The position numbers and the translations under genes were made by a program. A stretch of 64,000 nucleotides of DNA from Opitutales bacterium (GTDB lineage: Bacteria > Verrucomicrobiota > Verrucomicrobiia > Opitutales > PNEW01), in contig CBDANS010000007.1 of the NCBI GenBank assembly GCA_965197745.1, positions 576,001 through 640,000 of the forward strand, written 5' to 3'. The notes under the pieces were generated by a model. It saw only the letters and a program-made list of their open reading frames with translations. It was not told the origin of the DNA and ran no database searches. Every line of letters starts with the position of its first letter. The stretch's first letter is position 1. Shown in pieces: positions 20,906 through 31,101 of the stretch.

Positions 20906-20990
20906 TGGTGCCCGGGAAAGGACTCGAACCTTCACGCCTTGCGGCACTAGAACCTAAATCTAGCGTGTCTGCCAATTCCACCACCCGGGC
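20906..20990 (-). tRNA. tRNA-Leu (anticodon TAG)
   Basis: GCCCGGGTGGTGGAATTGGCAGACACGCTAGATTTAGGTTCTAGTGCCGCAAGGCGTGAAGGTTCGAGTCCTTTCCCGGGCACCA; long variable arm, encoded CCA. Confidence 0.97.
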
Positions 20991-21509
20991 ACACCATGAA
21001 AATAACACTCAAAGAACTATAAGAAAAATACCACAGGATTGAATGAAAGATGAGCTAAAGAGAAAGAATTCTCTCTTTAGAGAATAATAACCGGTGAAAT
21101 TCAGCTTAAGTAAAGCCAGAAAGTTATGTATGGATTTAATCCTGTGAGTGGTCCTATAAAAGGGTATAGCATAAAGCGAAGGCAATTTTCAGCAAACCGA
21201 TCCTATGCCATCGCCACCCTTTTTGAAAGGTGAAAACAACAGGCAACTATCTAATGCCGACTGTCTCTTGAATACGGGAGATAATAATTAGATAATGTGA
21301 ATCTAATATTTCAAAAAACATCTGAAATATACAATAAGTGAAAACTCAAGCTGCGATAAGATGACAGACGTGGAGAAATTGTATTATTGACATTATCGGG
21401 AAATCTTTAATTAATTTAGCTCCTCGGTTATATTTAACACCATTTGGTTAAGACTAATTATATAGTTTCTTTACTGAGTAATATTAACAACACCGTAGAC
21501 GTTTTATTC

Positions 21510-22478
21510 ATGTCAGCACAAATTTATAATAATATAATAGATACCATTGGGAAGACTCCGCTTATCAAACTCAATCAAATTGCGGAAGGATTACCTGCGG
21601 ATCTTTATCTCAAGTGTGAATTCAACAACCCCCTTTTCAGTGTAAAAGACCGTATTGGCATGTCGATGATCGACGCGGCGGAAAAAGACGGTAAACTCAA
21701 GCAGGGCAATGTCGTTGTCGAACCCACTTCCGGTAATACCGGAATCGCCTTAGCCTTTGTCTGTGCTGCGAGAGGTTACAAATGTCTCCTCACGATGCCG
21801 GAAACGATGTCCATGGAACGACGCATTTTATTGCGCATGCTCGGCGCGGAGATCGTTCTTACACCCGGACCCAAAGGGATGCCTGGCGCAATTGCCAAGG
21901 CCCAGGAAATATTTGAAGAAAATAGCAGTGGTGCCTTTATGCCTCAGCAATTTGAAAACCCGGCTAATCCGGACATTCATCGCCGCACTACAGCCGAAGA
22001 AATTTGGGAGGATACGGAAGGTAAAATCGATGTCCTCATTTCCGGAGTGGGTACCGGAGGCACGATCAGTGGTGTTTCCGAAGTCATTAAGTCGCGCAAG
22101 AAATTGACATCGATTGCGATTGAACCGAAAGCCAGTCCGGTAATTTCGGGAGGAAAACCCGGACCTCACAAGATTCAGGGAATCGGTGCAGGATTTATTC
22201 CGATGAACCTCAACCTCGATATCGTCGATGATATTGTCCAGGTTGACAATGATGATGCCTTCGCGACTGCGCAAAATTTAGCGGTTACCGATGGTATACC
22301 CGGAGGGATATCCACCGGCGCTGCAGTTTGGGCGGGAATGGAAGTGGCGAAACGCCCGGAAATGGAGGGGAAAATGATTGTAATAATTGGACCGAGCCCA
22401 ACAGAGCGTTATATTAGTACACCACTCGCGGAAAAGGCTCGTGCTGAAGCTTCCAAAATGGCAGCAGTAGGAGAATAA
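21510..22478 (+). CDS. cysK: Cysteine synthase A
   Basis: IGKTPLIKL, NPLFSVKDRIG (PLP lysine), EPTSGNTGIALA, GVGTGGT, GPHKIQGIGAGF. Confidence 0.95.
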   Translation: MSAQIYNNIIDTIGKTPLIKLNQIAEGLPADLYLKCEFNNPLFSVKDRIGMSMIDAAEKDGKLKQGNVVVEPTSGNTGIALAFVCAARGYKCLLTMPETMSMERRILLRMLGAEIVLTPGPKGMPGAIAKAQEIFEENSSGAFMPQQFENPANPDIHRRTTAEEIWEDTEGKIDVLISGVGTGGTISGVSEVIKSRKKLTSIAIEPKASPVISGGKPGPHKIQGIGAGFIPMNLNLDIVDDIVQVDNDDAFATAQNLAVTDGIPGGISTGAAVWAGMEVAKRPEMEGKMIVIIGPSPTERYISTPLAEKARAEASKMAAVGE

Positions 22479-22550
22479 GACACAACAATTTAGGGCAAAA
22501 ATTATTCAGCGTGGTTTTTGCCCATAAAAACAGGTAGTAGTAGTAATAAA

Positions 22551-22584
22551 GAGCCGCCAACTTCGGTTGGCGGCTTCTTTTTTG
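22551..22584 (+). terminator. Rho-independent terminator after cysK
   Basis: GAGCCGCCAAC-TTCG-GTTGGCGGCTTC followed by TTTTTT. Confidence 0.85.
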
Positions 22585-22655
22585 TATTGGTGGATTTCAA
22601 ATTAAGCGTATATTTCTGGTCTGATTAGTTACATTTCAAGTAGCTTACATCTGTC

Positions 22656-23549
22656 ATGGATATTCTGGTAACGGGTGCCACTGGATTGATCGGAAACGCG
22701 CTGATTCCCTATTTGCGGGCTTCAGGTCATAATGTTTATGCTTTGACGCGAAATCCAATCGGGAAGCAGGACCTGGGATGGGACCCGGATTCCGGTCAAT
22801 TGGATTTATCTCACTTTCAGAGTTTGGATGCTGTCGTGCATCTGGCTGGTGAAAATATTGCAGGTGGGCTTTGGACGAAGGCGCGTAAAGAAAGGATTTA
22901 TAAAAGCCGAGAAGCGGGAACACGACTGTTAATTAATAATTTAACTGCACTTGAAAAACTACCCAGCGTTCTCATCAGCGCATCAGGTATTCATTATTAT
23001 CCTCATACGGGAGGAGCGGATTACGATGAATCGGGTCCCTGTGGTAAAGGGTTTCTAAACGAAGTATGTCAAGTTTGGGAGGCTGCGACTGCGCCCGCGA
23101 ATGAGAAAGGGGTACGGGTAGTCAATTTACGATTAAGCGTAGTCTTAAGTCCGTCGGGTGGCGCACTGGCTAAAATGCTTCCGGCCTTTAAACTAGGACT
23201 GGGTGGACGCGTTGGCGATGGGAGGCAGCATATGAGTTGGATCGCCATTGATGATGTTGTAGATATAATATATCAATGCTTAAACGATGAGCGATTACAA
23301 GGGCCGGTAAATGCTTGTTCGCCCGAGGTGGTATCGAATAGAGAATTCACGCATATCCTGGGTGAGGTATTGCGGCACCCAACATTAGTTCCACTCCCTG
23401 AAAGAGTTGTAAGAATACTCCTTGGGCAGCTGGGTGAAGAGACCTTGCTTGCTGACTTTCGAGTTTACCCCCGTAAACTACTGGAGGCTGGCTATACATT
23501 TCGTTTCTCTTCACTTAAGAAAGCTCTCTCGCATCTGCTTGAACGATAA
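22656..23549 (+). CDS. TIGR01777-family NAD-dependent epimerase (YfcH-like)
   Basis: ILVTGATGLIG, AVVHLAGENI, GGALAKMLPAFKLGLGG..GDGRQ.MSWI. Confidence 0.9.
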   Translation: MDILVTGATGLIGNALIPYLRASGHNVYALTRNPIGKQDLGWDPDSGQLDLSHFQSLDAVVHLAGENIAGGLWTKARKERIYKSREAGTRLLINNLTALEKLPSVLISASGIHYYPHTGGADYDESGPCGKGFLNEVCQVWEAATAPANEKGVRVVNLRLSVVLSPSGGALAKMLPAFKLGLGGRVGDGRQHMSWIAIDDVVDIIYQCLNDERLQGPVNACSPEVVSNREFTHILGEVLRHPTLVPLPERVVRILLGQLGEETLLADFRVYPRKLLEAGYTFRFSSLKKALSHLLER

Positions 23550-23626
23550 TTCAGGTATATCTAAAAGCTTGCGAAGGCATTACTGGGTTGTTTATTGCTC
23601 AATGCGTTTTTGCCTTATACCTAAGA

Positions 23627-24082
23627 ATGAGAGTAGTTGTTCAGCGTGTATCTCAAGCTTCTGTCACAATTAACGGAAAGGTAAAATCTACGATCGGTAC
23701 CGGATTATTGATATTCGTCGGCATCATGAATGATGATGGACTAGAGGATATTGACTGGTTGAGCAGGAAGATTCCACAAATTCGCATTTTCCCCGATAAT
23801 GATGGATTAATGAATCAGTCGGTGGTCGACATAAATGGAGAGATCCTCTTAATAAGCCAGTTCACACTTTATGGTAATTTAAATAAAGGCTCGCGCCCCT
23901 CGTTTAATCGATCCGCTCCACCTGATATAGCGGTGCCGCTTTATGAAGCGTTTATCCAAGCGCTCTCTGACACTTGCGGGAAATCTGTCGCGACCGGTGA
24001 ATTCGGAGCCATGATGAAAATTGACGCCCTGCATGATGGTCCGGTTACGTTGATCATCGATAGTAAAGAGAAAAAGTTTTAG
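23627..24082 (+). CDS. dtd: D-aminoacyl-tRNA deacylase
   Basis: MRVVVQRV, ISQFTLY, G.RPSF, TGEFGAMM, DGPVT. Confidence 0.95.
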   Translation: MRVVVQRVSQASVTINGKVKSTIGTGLLIFVGIMNDDGLEDIDWLSRKIPQIRIFPDNDGLMNQSVVDINGEILLISQFTLYGNLNKGSRPSFNRSAPPDIAVPLYEAFIQALSDTCGKSVATGEFGAMMKIDALHDGPVTLIIDSKEKKF

Positions 24083-24097
24083 TAAAACCGATCCACC

Positions 24098-24637
24098 ATG
24101 TTAAAGAGAGACAGTCCCATCTTGAACCCTCGGTTTTTTAATCGTCCCACCCTTGAAGTAGCGCGTGATCTACCCGGTAAATACCTCTGCCGCCGAATTA
24201 AAGGGGATATATTATCCCAGCTATTAGTAGAAGTAGAAGCCTATGATGGTTTTGATGATAAAGCATCACATGCTCATCGCGGAACCACCCCGCGTAATGC
24301 CGTAATGTTTGGTCCTGCTGGATACTGGTACGTCTATCTTTGTTACGGTATGCATTGGATGCTGAATATTGTCACGGGGCCGCGTGAATATCCCGCGGCC
24401 ATCTTAGTCCGGGGCGCGGGTGAATACTCGGGTCCGGGGCGCTTAACCAAAGCGTTGCAGATAAATAAAAATTTCAATGGGAAGAAAATCACCCGCGCCA
24501 ATGGTCTCTAGCTGGAGGATCGAGGAGTGGTTGTTCCTTCCCATGAGGTAAAGCGATTGCCACGTGTTGGGATCAACTACGCGGGGCCGCTCTGGACGAA
24601 AAAACCTTATCGATACGTTTGGAATGCCAGCGCATAA
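24098..24637 (+). pseudogene. mpg: 3-methyladenine DNA glycosylase (AAG/Mpg family) with in-frame TAG at 24509-24511
   Basis: FF.RPTLEVARDL.GK, VEVEAY, YVYLCYGMH.MLNIV, GPGRLTKAL. After the stop the frame continues LEDRG...PRVGINYAG..W..KPYRY to TAA at 24635-24637. Confidence 0.85.
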
Positions 24638-24684
24638 AGAAATAAATTTATTGTTATAACCCTTAATAAAGGTATAATGCGCTT

Positions 24685-25623
24685 ATGATTTCACACCCAT
24701 TTCACCAACTTTATAGTGGTGGACATCAATTAGACACATCGCCGGAATGTTTTGGGGAGTTTTGCTCTTCAATTGATATTTTAGATGATACGCATGCGCT
24801 TCACGCCCGAATAAAACGAGATGGTTACCTTTACTTGCCGGGTTTCTGGCCGCGTGAAGAGGTATTAAAACGGCGTATTATGATTACGGATCAAATGGCG
24901 AAAAAAGGGTATTTGAATTTGGATTACCCGGTAATAGATGCGGTAGCGAAAGAGAATGTAGAGATTAATTCTTTCAGTTCCCATTTTAAGAATAAAGATA
25001 GACGGGATAGCATGTTCCTTGAAATGAGTCGCTTGCTTTTTTCAGGTAAAATTATAACTTTCCTTGAAACCTATCTTGGAGGAGCGGTTCAACCTTATGA
25101 GTACACCTGGTTTCGTGTACGTAAACCAGGCATGGGGACTAAACCACACAGTGATATCGTCTTTTTTAACCGGGGGACACACAATATCTACAGTGCTTGG
25201 GTGCCCTACGGTGATATCGATCAGGAGTTGGGTGGCTTGATGATTCTCGAGGATTCTCATAAGAAGCGACACCGCTTAAAAAATTACCTGAAACGCGATT
25301 CGGATACTTATTGTAAGAACCGAAAGGGCGCCGAGCAATATGCGTCACAGAAGACTAAAGTTTGGAGTGGAACGCTTTCAAGCAACCCGGTGACTTTAAG
25401 AGAAAAGTTGGGGGGTAGATGGCTGAGAGCAAATTATGGTATGGGTGATCTGTTGCTCTTCCCGCCCTATACGGTGCATTGCAGTCTTGATAATAATTCA
25501 GATCGCTTTCGTATCTCCACGGATACACGCTACCAATTGGCTTCTGACCCATATGACAAGCGCTGGGTAGGACCCAACCCGGTGGGCCATGGAGCGGGTG
25601 GCAAGCGGGGAGTGATATGCTGA
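24685..25623 (+). CDS. PhyH-family dioxygenase
   Basis: RDGYLYLPG, TKPHSD, AWVPYGDI...GGLMILEDSH, GDLL..VHCS.DN...R.STDTRYQ. Confidence 0.85.
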   Translation: MISHPFHQLYSGGHQLDTSPECFGEFCSSIDILDDTHALHARIKRDGYLYLPGFWPREEVLKRRIMITDQMAKKGYLNLDYPVIDAVAKENVEINSFSSHFKNKDRRDSMFLEMSRLLFSGKIITFLETYLGGAVQPYEYTWFRVRKPGMGTKPHSDIVFFNRGTHNIYSAWVPYGDIDQELGGLMILEDSHKKRHRLKNYLKRDSDTYCKNRKGAEQYASQKTKVWSGTLSSNPVTLREKLGGRWLRANYGMGDLLLFPPYTVHCSLDNNSDRFRISTDTRYQLASDPYDKRWVGPNPVGHGAGGKRGVIC

Positions 25624-25653
25624 TATTCAGTTGAGGCTATACAGTCGGTATAC

Positions 25654-26934
25654 TTGAGTTCAATTAAGTTGAACAAATATTTTATATTAATATCGCTTAC
25701 CTTTTTTTGTCGACTGGCACTCGACGCTTACGGGGAGCGATTGACATCACTGGGGCAAACTCCGGACTGGTCTCAATTGGAGAAGTATCAGGAAACGATT
25801 ACAAGGGTAAGATTCAAACGACTGCTCGACGAAATATATGCTCCCGACAATGCCTATGCCGATACCATTACCCTCAATAAGAATCATGCACGAATAAATA
25901 CCCGTAATGGTGATCCCAATTCTATTTTTCTCCTTGGCTTTGCCAGCGATGAAAGTTCTGCACGCGTGCGTCCGGTTAACTACTGGCGGCGGCGGACCTC
26001 ATTACCAAAAGCCCCAGAGGAAAAACCACTGGGATATTTAAAGATCATCCTGGATCCAGGGCATATCGGCGGCGATTTTGCCATTATGGAGAATCGCTCC
26101 TTTAAAATTGGCGAGAGTAAACCTCTACGTGAAGGCGATCTTACTTTAACCGTCGCGCAACGATTAAAAATCAGGTTGGAAGAATTGGGAGCAAAAGTTT
26201 GGTTAAGCCGAGAGACAACCGAACCCACGACGGAAGAGACGCCCGAGAGTTTAAGGTATATAGCCGAGCGACTTCTCTTAAAAAATAGTGATAATCCTTC
26301 TTTGCTTTTAACGCTCAATAAGGCAGACGCAAAAGAAGTAGAGCGGTTAAGCGAGTTGCTTTTTTATCGCGTGAGTGAAATCCGTACTCGTGCGATTAAA
26401 ATAAACCAGCATTTTCAACCGGATGTAGTCATTGCCATACACTTCAATGCTGAATCATGGCCAGATAATCAAAGAAAAACGCTGGTGAACAGCAATCACC
26501 TGCATGTTCTAATCAACGGCGCATACAGTAGGGAAGAATTAACCTATGATGATATTCGGTTTCAAATGTTGCGTAAACTTCTCAGTGGAACAACACAGGA
26601 AGAGATTGCGCTAGCCCGAGCAATCATTTCAGAAATGGCTGAGAATACAAAACTTCCTCCCTATAGTTATCCAGGGAACAACGCTGTAAAAGTGGGCGAC
26701 AATCCCTATATATGGGCGCGCAACCTGATCGCCAATCGTCTTTACCAATGCCCGGTAGTATTTCTGGAGCCCTACGTGATGAATGGTAAGGAAGCTTTCT
26801 CACGTATTCAAGCTGGAGACTATGAAGGGAAACGACTCATCAATGGATCTCTCCGAAAAAGTATATTTCGGGAATACGTTGATAGTGTAGTCACAGGACT
26901 GATTGATTATTACGGAAATGGTGACGACAATTAA
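25654..26934 (+). CDS. N-acetylmuramoyl-L-alanine amidase-like protein (Amidase_3)
   Basis: IILDPGHIGG, E.DLTL.VA..LK..LE.LGA.V.L.R, IAIHFNA, PVVFLE. Confidence 0.75.
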   Translation: MSSIKLNKYFILISLTFFCRLALDAYGERLTSLGQTPDWSQLEKYQETITRVRFKRLLDEIYAPDNAYADTITLNKNHARINTRNGDPNSIFLLGFASDESSARVRPVNYWRRRTSLPKAPEEKPLGYLKIILDPGHIGGDFAIMENRSFKIGESKPLREGDLTLTVAQRLKIRLEELGAKVWLSRETTEPTTEETPESLRYIAERLLLKNSDNPSLLLTLNKADAKEVERLSELLFYRVSEIRTRAIKINQHFQPDVVIAIHFNAESWPDNQRKTLVNSNHLHVLINGAYSREELTYDDIRFQMLRKLLSGTTQEEIALARAIISEMAENTKLPPYSYPGNNAVKVGDNPYIWARNLIANRLYQCPVVFLEPYVMNGKEAFSRIQAGDYEGKRLINGSLRKSIFREYVDSVVTGLIDYYGNGDDN

Positions 26935-26981
26935 CGAATAAACTTCCGATCAGCTCTAATATGCTATGGCAGATCGAAGCC

Positions 26982-28040
26982 TTAAATGACGAGGATTATC
27001 AAAAGAGCCGCGAGTATGATTCGATAATAGGCAAAAATGCTCAAACCATGCCGTGTCAGGTACTGAACCATCCATTTTACGGCAATCGCTGCAGACAATG
27101 CTGCCACCAGGCATCCGAATAAAACGGGACCCAAGCCAAATGATTCAAGAAGCACAGGGCCTTTTTTAACTCCGATATAAAATGCCGCCCCGGTAAGAGT
27201 GGGAAGCCCAAGCAAAAAACTGAACTCGGCCGCATGACGCGGGCTTAGACCGACCAGGTAGCCACCGACAATAGCCATCATCGAACGACTTGTTCCCGGC
27301 CACATGGCAATACATTGAAGTATTCCAATGAGCAAGGCTTTCCCAGGAGTTAGTTCATGGAGATCAAGTCCGGCATTATGATTGGACAGACGTTTATGGC
27401 GCCAGTGTTCTACGCCAAGCATGAGCACGGAGCCTGTGAGGAGAGCAGTGATTACCGTCCAGGTATTAAACAGGTGCTGACCAATCCAATTTTCAAGAGC
27501 TAGCCAAAAAAAAACGGCGGGGATCAGGGCAATGAGCAGATTGCGACCCAATAACAATCCTTCACGATTTTTTCCGATTAACCCTAGGATAATAGACCAG
27601 ACCTTTGCCCAGTAGAGAATCAATACCGCGGCAATAGCTCCCGCTTGTATTATCACGGTGTAAGCATCTACAGCAGATTTCAGGGTAAAAGCTTCACCCT
27701 CAGGAAAATTATCAGACGGGGGTTCTTGGAGGTGGGCGGCGCCGGCTTGATTGTTGAGCGGTTGTTCCCGGTTGAGACCTAGCAACTGATTGGTGATTAT
27801 AAGATGACCGGTTGATGAGATAGGTAAAAATTCGGTTATCCCCTCGACCAATCCTAAGATTAAAGCCTCTCGATAGTTCAAAGTATTAGTATCTGATCTA
27901 TTTTCATCTTCTCTAATGATTAATGATGTATTTTCGCTACTATCATCGGTCATACCGGATGACGGTAATTGTGCGCTTACCAGAGGCACCAAAGCCAAAC
28001 TCATGATCAAAACAATTGTTGCCTGGTGTAATAATCTCAC
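26982..28040 (-). CDS. uppP: Undecaprenyl-diphosphate phosphatase with N-terminal extension
   Basis: LGLVEGITEFLPISSTGHL, IQAGAIAAV, PGTSRS, AAEFSFLLGLP, FAYYRI. Confidence 0.9.
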   Translation of the reverse strand: MRLLHQATIVLIMSLALVPLVSAQLPSSGMTDDSSENTSLIIREDENRSDTNTLNYREALILGLVEGITEFLPISSTGHLIITNQLLGLNREQPLNNQAGAAHLQEPPSDNFPEGEAFTLKSAVDAYTVIIQAGAIAAVLILYWAKVWSIILGLIGKNREGLLLGRNLLIALIPAVFFWLALENWIGQHLFNTWTVITALLTGSVLMLGVEHWRHKRLSNHNAGLDLHELTPGKALLIGILQCIAMWPGTSRSMMAIVGGYLVGLSPRHAAEFSFLLGLPTLTGAAFYIGVKKGPVLLESFGLGPVLFGCLVAALSAAIAVKWMVQYLTRHGLSIFAYYRIILAALLIILVI

Positions 28041-28268
28041 AATACCGTTTCTTTTTTAGCTCCGATCATAAAAACATAGTGTCACATTTTCGAGGGAAGT
28101 AACGATTAATTTTAAAGAAAGTAAATTTGATTTTTAATTGGGCGGAAAAAATAATAATTTATCTCAATAGATCATTCCCGCCGAAAGCTGGTACCTACTC
28201 TCGGCCCAAGTCCTTCAATACTACCGCAACCACAGCCCTGAATCATGGATCGTTAAAAATTGGATCTG

Positions 28269-29867
28269 TTATGACGCAATATCTTCGGGATTGATGTAGA
28301 CTCCGACGATATGACTTTGTCCAGGTATGTCGCCACAGTTGGTGTAGTCGATGAAAATGATCCGGCCATCGGGCAGTGTGAGCCAGGAGGAATAGCCGTG
28401 ATCGGGGTGAGGTTTTTGGTCGGGGTGATTTCCGTGGATTTGTACCATCCGGTTACGTTGATACTGATCGGGGTAGTCGCCGGATGAAGCGGACCAGTTC
28501 CACGACCAGTCATCGAGTGTTTTGTTTTGGGAGGAGAAAGAGACTGCTCTCCAGGTGCTCGTGCCCGTATCACCCCATTGTCCAAACATGGTGCGCATGT
28601 CGGTGCGAGCAGTTTGGAAGTCTGAGATGTTTGTTTCTCCACGAAAGACATTGCGATAGATGAGGTCTTCGCCGTCCAGTTGTATGCGTAGTAATCCACT
28701 TTTGTGTCGCATGGCGACTTTTCTCGGACGGGAGAAGTCAGCCTTTTTGTAAAGGTCGGAGCGCTGCACTTCGCCGAGCGAAATGAAGTCGGAACCGATA
28801 GTGATAAAGGCATTCACGCTTCCGCAGGACATAAATGAGATCGGTTTGCCAGGTGGGCCTTCAACTTTTATTTCGGTTTTGAAGTCGACGGTGCTGAAAC
28901 GATTCTGAGGTGGCAGGAGGCTGTATCGGCATTCGTGTTCGGGCTTGTTTTCGATGATCAGCGCGCCATTATTCAGCGTTGCACTGTATTTTCTGCGTGG
29001 GCCTCCGATTGCATAGGTACCTGCTTCCTGTTTCAGGTCACCGATCCAGGCGTAGCAACCCAGGCCACCATTTACGTGACGGCCGGTGACCATACAACGT
29101 CCGTCGGCGAGTTGCTTCACATAAGGACGGTGGAGCGCGAAGGGGCACATTTGTGGATCGCTCCAGGTCTGACCATTGTCCTGTGAATAGGTGACAAAGC
29201 TGGGGATGCCGCCCGATTGATTTTCCCGCATGACACAGGCCAGTTCATTGCCACCATCGAGGATCACGAGGGCGCCTTCACAAAAGCGGTGATAGCCGTC
29301 ATGTGCTACGATGACCTGATCGCCCCAGGTTCTACCGCCGTCAGTGGAGGTGGTCATTATTTCGGCGAATTCCTGGCTTTCGCGCATCATGATGTGTGAG
29401 CAAACGGCGAGGCGACCATCTGGCAGTTCCATCATACGGTCGGGTTCAAAGCCCATGATATTGGGCTTGTGTGGGCCGTCCCAGGTTTTGCCTTCGTCGG
29501 TGCTCCACCAGATCCAGTTACCGGGGGGCTGGTCTACGTGAAAGTGGCCGAAATCGTCGTGGTCACAGATAACTGCAATTCTATTGTCTCGTAGCAAACT
29601 TATGCGCGGTGTGACCAGACGTTCGTCTCCTTTACTGCGATCGGCAGTTGCTACTTCATTCAATTTGTCCCATGTCTGACCATCATCGTCACTATAAAGG
29701 ATTGTGAGTATCTGTGTTGTTTCTCCCCAGTGGGCTTCGGTGTCGGAGTAGACGAGAAGGAGACGGCCGGATGTGAGGCGTATGATATCGGGATTTTTTG
29801 TGAATCGATCGGGACTTCGCCAGGCTTCGAATACTTTGTGGGCTACAGATCGGGGAGGGATGTACAT
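28269..29867 (-). CDS. Sialidase-like/BNR (Asp-box) beta-propeller protein
   Basis: Four Asp-boxes: YSDDDGQTW, WSTDEGKTW, TSTDGGRTW, YSQDNGQTW. C-terminal DHGYSSW..LPDG. Confidence 0.75.
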   Translation of the reverse strand: MYIPPRSVAHKVFEAWRSPDRFTKNPDIIRLTSGRLLLVYSDTEAHWGETTQILTILYSDDDGQTWDKLNEVATADRSKGDERLVTPRISLLRDNRIAVICDHDDFGHFHVDQPPGNWIWWSTDEGKTWDGPHKPNIMGFEPDRMMELPDGRLAVCSHIMMRESQEFAEIMTTSTDGGRTWGDQVIVAHDGYHRFCEGALVILDGGNELACVMRENQSGGIPSFVTYSQDNGQTWSDPQMCPFALHRPYVKQLADGRCMVTGRHVNGGLGCYAWIGDLKQEAGTYAIGGPRRKYSATLNNGALIIENKPEHECRYSLLPPQNRFSTVDFKTEIKVEGPPGKPISFMSCGSVNAFITIGSDFISLGEVQRSDLYKKADFSRPRKVAMRHKSGLLRIQLDGEDLIYRNVFRGETNISDFQTARTDMRTMFGQWGDTGTSTWRAVSFSSQNKTLDDWSWNWSASSGDYPDQYQRNRMVQIHGNHPDQKPHPDHGYSSWLTLPDGRIIFIDYTNCGDIPGQSHIVGVYINPEDIAS

Positions 29868-30051
29868 AGAGTTCCTTTAATTTGAAATGCTGGGTGGTCG
29901 AGCGTCAATTCGGTATTTTGATAGAAGGATTCATACCTACAAGAGTTAGATACTATGACACCTGAAAAATTATATCGATAAATAATTCAGTAGTGATTTT
30001 ATCTTGTGGTATTTCCAGGAAGCGTTACCACACGGAAAGATAATAAGTACG

Positions 30052-31101
30052 ATGTTGGTATTAGATGCATTAACGGTTGAACTTCGAAAAGGAGCTGACT
30101 TAGACAACGCACAGTCTGAAGAAGCTGCCAATTCACTGACTTCAGCGGATATCTCCGCTGAATCAAAAGAAGATTTTTTAATTGCCCTAGCCGAAAAAGG
30201 GGAGTCTGCCGGTGAAGTTGCCGCCTTCGCTCATATATTTCGCAATCATGCCCGTGACCCTGGAGTGTCTGCTTACGCGGACAAAGCAATTGATGTTGTC
30301 GGAACCGGGGGCGATCACTCAGGCAGTTTCAATATTTCAACGACTGTAAGTTTTGTCGTGGCAGCTGCTGGTGTCACTGTCATCAAACACGGTAGCAGTG
30401 CAATCACCTCGAAAAGTGGAAGCGCAGATCTTCTACACGCTCTCGGTATTAATCTTCAAGCAGATAACGAATTGATCCAACGATCGCTTGAAGTTCTGAA
30501 CTTTTGCTTTTTATTTGCTCCCGCCTTTCACCCTGCATTTAAGGAGATAATGCCCGTGCGAAAGTCTCTCGCCGAGAAAGGACGGCGCAGCATATTTAAT
30601 ATATTGGGCCCCCTTATTAATCCAGGCCGGCCGGCCTATCAGCTCCTTGGTGTATATGCTGAACACTGGGTCGAACCCCTGGCTGAATGCCTCCAAACAT
30701 TGGGAATTAAACGCGGTATCGTGGTACACGGAATCGTGAACACCGATACGGTGATGGATGAACTTACCTGCTCTGGGGTAAACCGTGTAGCCGGGGTGGG
30801 TGAACTGTGTCAAACGAACACGACGTGGGTTCCTGAAGATTTTGGTCTCGAAACCTGCGAATTTTCAGAATTAAGGGGTGGATCAGCAGAGGATAATCTT
30901 AGGCTCCTCCATGAAATACTGGAGGGGAGAGGCCGGCCCGGGCTCCTTAACTCAATTTTATGGAATGCCGGTGCTGCTCTCTGGATTGCCGAAAAAGTAA
31001 AAGACCCACATGAGGGAATTGATATGGCTCGGTCACTTATACAAGACGGTGTGGTTCGAAAGTGGTTACAGCGCGCGCGCGATTTTTACCTGACGTCATG
31101 A
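30052..31101 (+). CDS. trpD: Anthranilate phosphoribosyltransferase
   Basis: DVVGTGGD.SGSFNIST, KHG...TSKSGSADLL, FLFAPAFHPA, RSIFNILGPLINP. Confidence 0.95.
   Translation: MLVLDALTVELRKGADLDNAQSEEAANSLTSADISAESKEDFLIALAEKGESAGEVAAFAHIFRNHARDPGVSAYADKAIDVVGTGGDHSGSFNISTTVSFVVAAAGVTVIKHGSSAITSKSGSADLLHALGINLQADNELIQRSLEVLNFCFLFAPAFHPAFKEIMPVRKSLAEKGRRSIFNILGPLINPGRPAYQLLGVYAEHWVEPLAECLQTLGIKRGIVVHGIVNTDTVMDELTCSGVNRVAGVGELCQTNTTWVPEDFGLETCEFSELRGGSAEDNLRLLHEILEGRGRPGLLNSILWNAGAALWIAEKVKDPHEGIDMARSLIQDGVVRKWLQRARDFYLTS

Noticed and set aside
20734..21042. ORFs 20734-21042 and 20793-21008, and ORFs over 43224-43959 and 44284-44730
   Set aside because: They overlap tRNA genes or repeats and have no recognisable protein features.
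24509..24511. Genome-wide stop-codon reassignment or pyrrolysine
   Set aside because: TAG, TAA and TGA all terminate full-length genes normally here (e.g. dtd ends with TAG, cysK with TAA, glmM with TGA). No pyl genes are seen.
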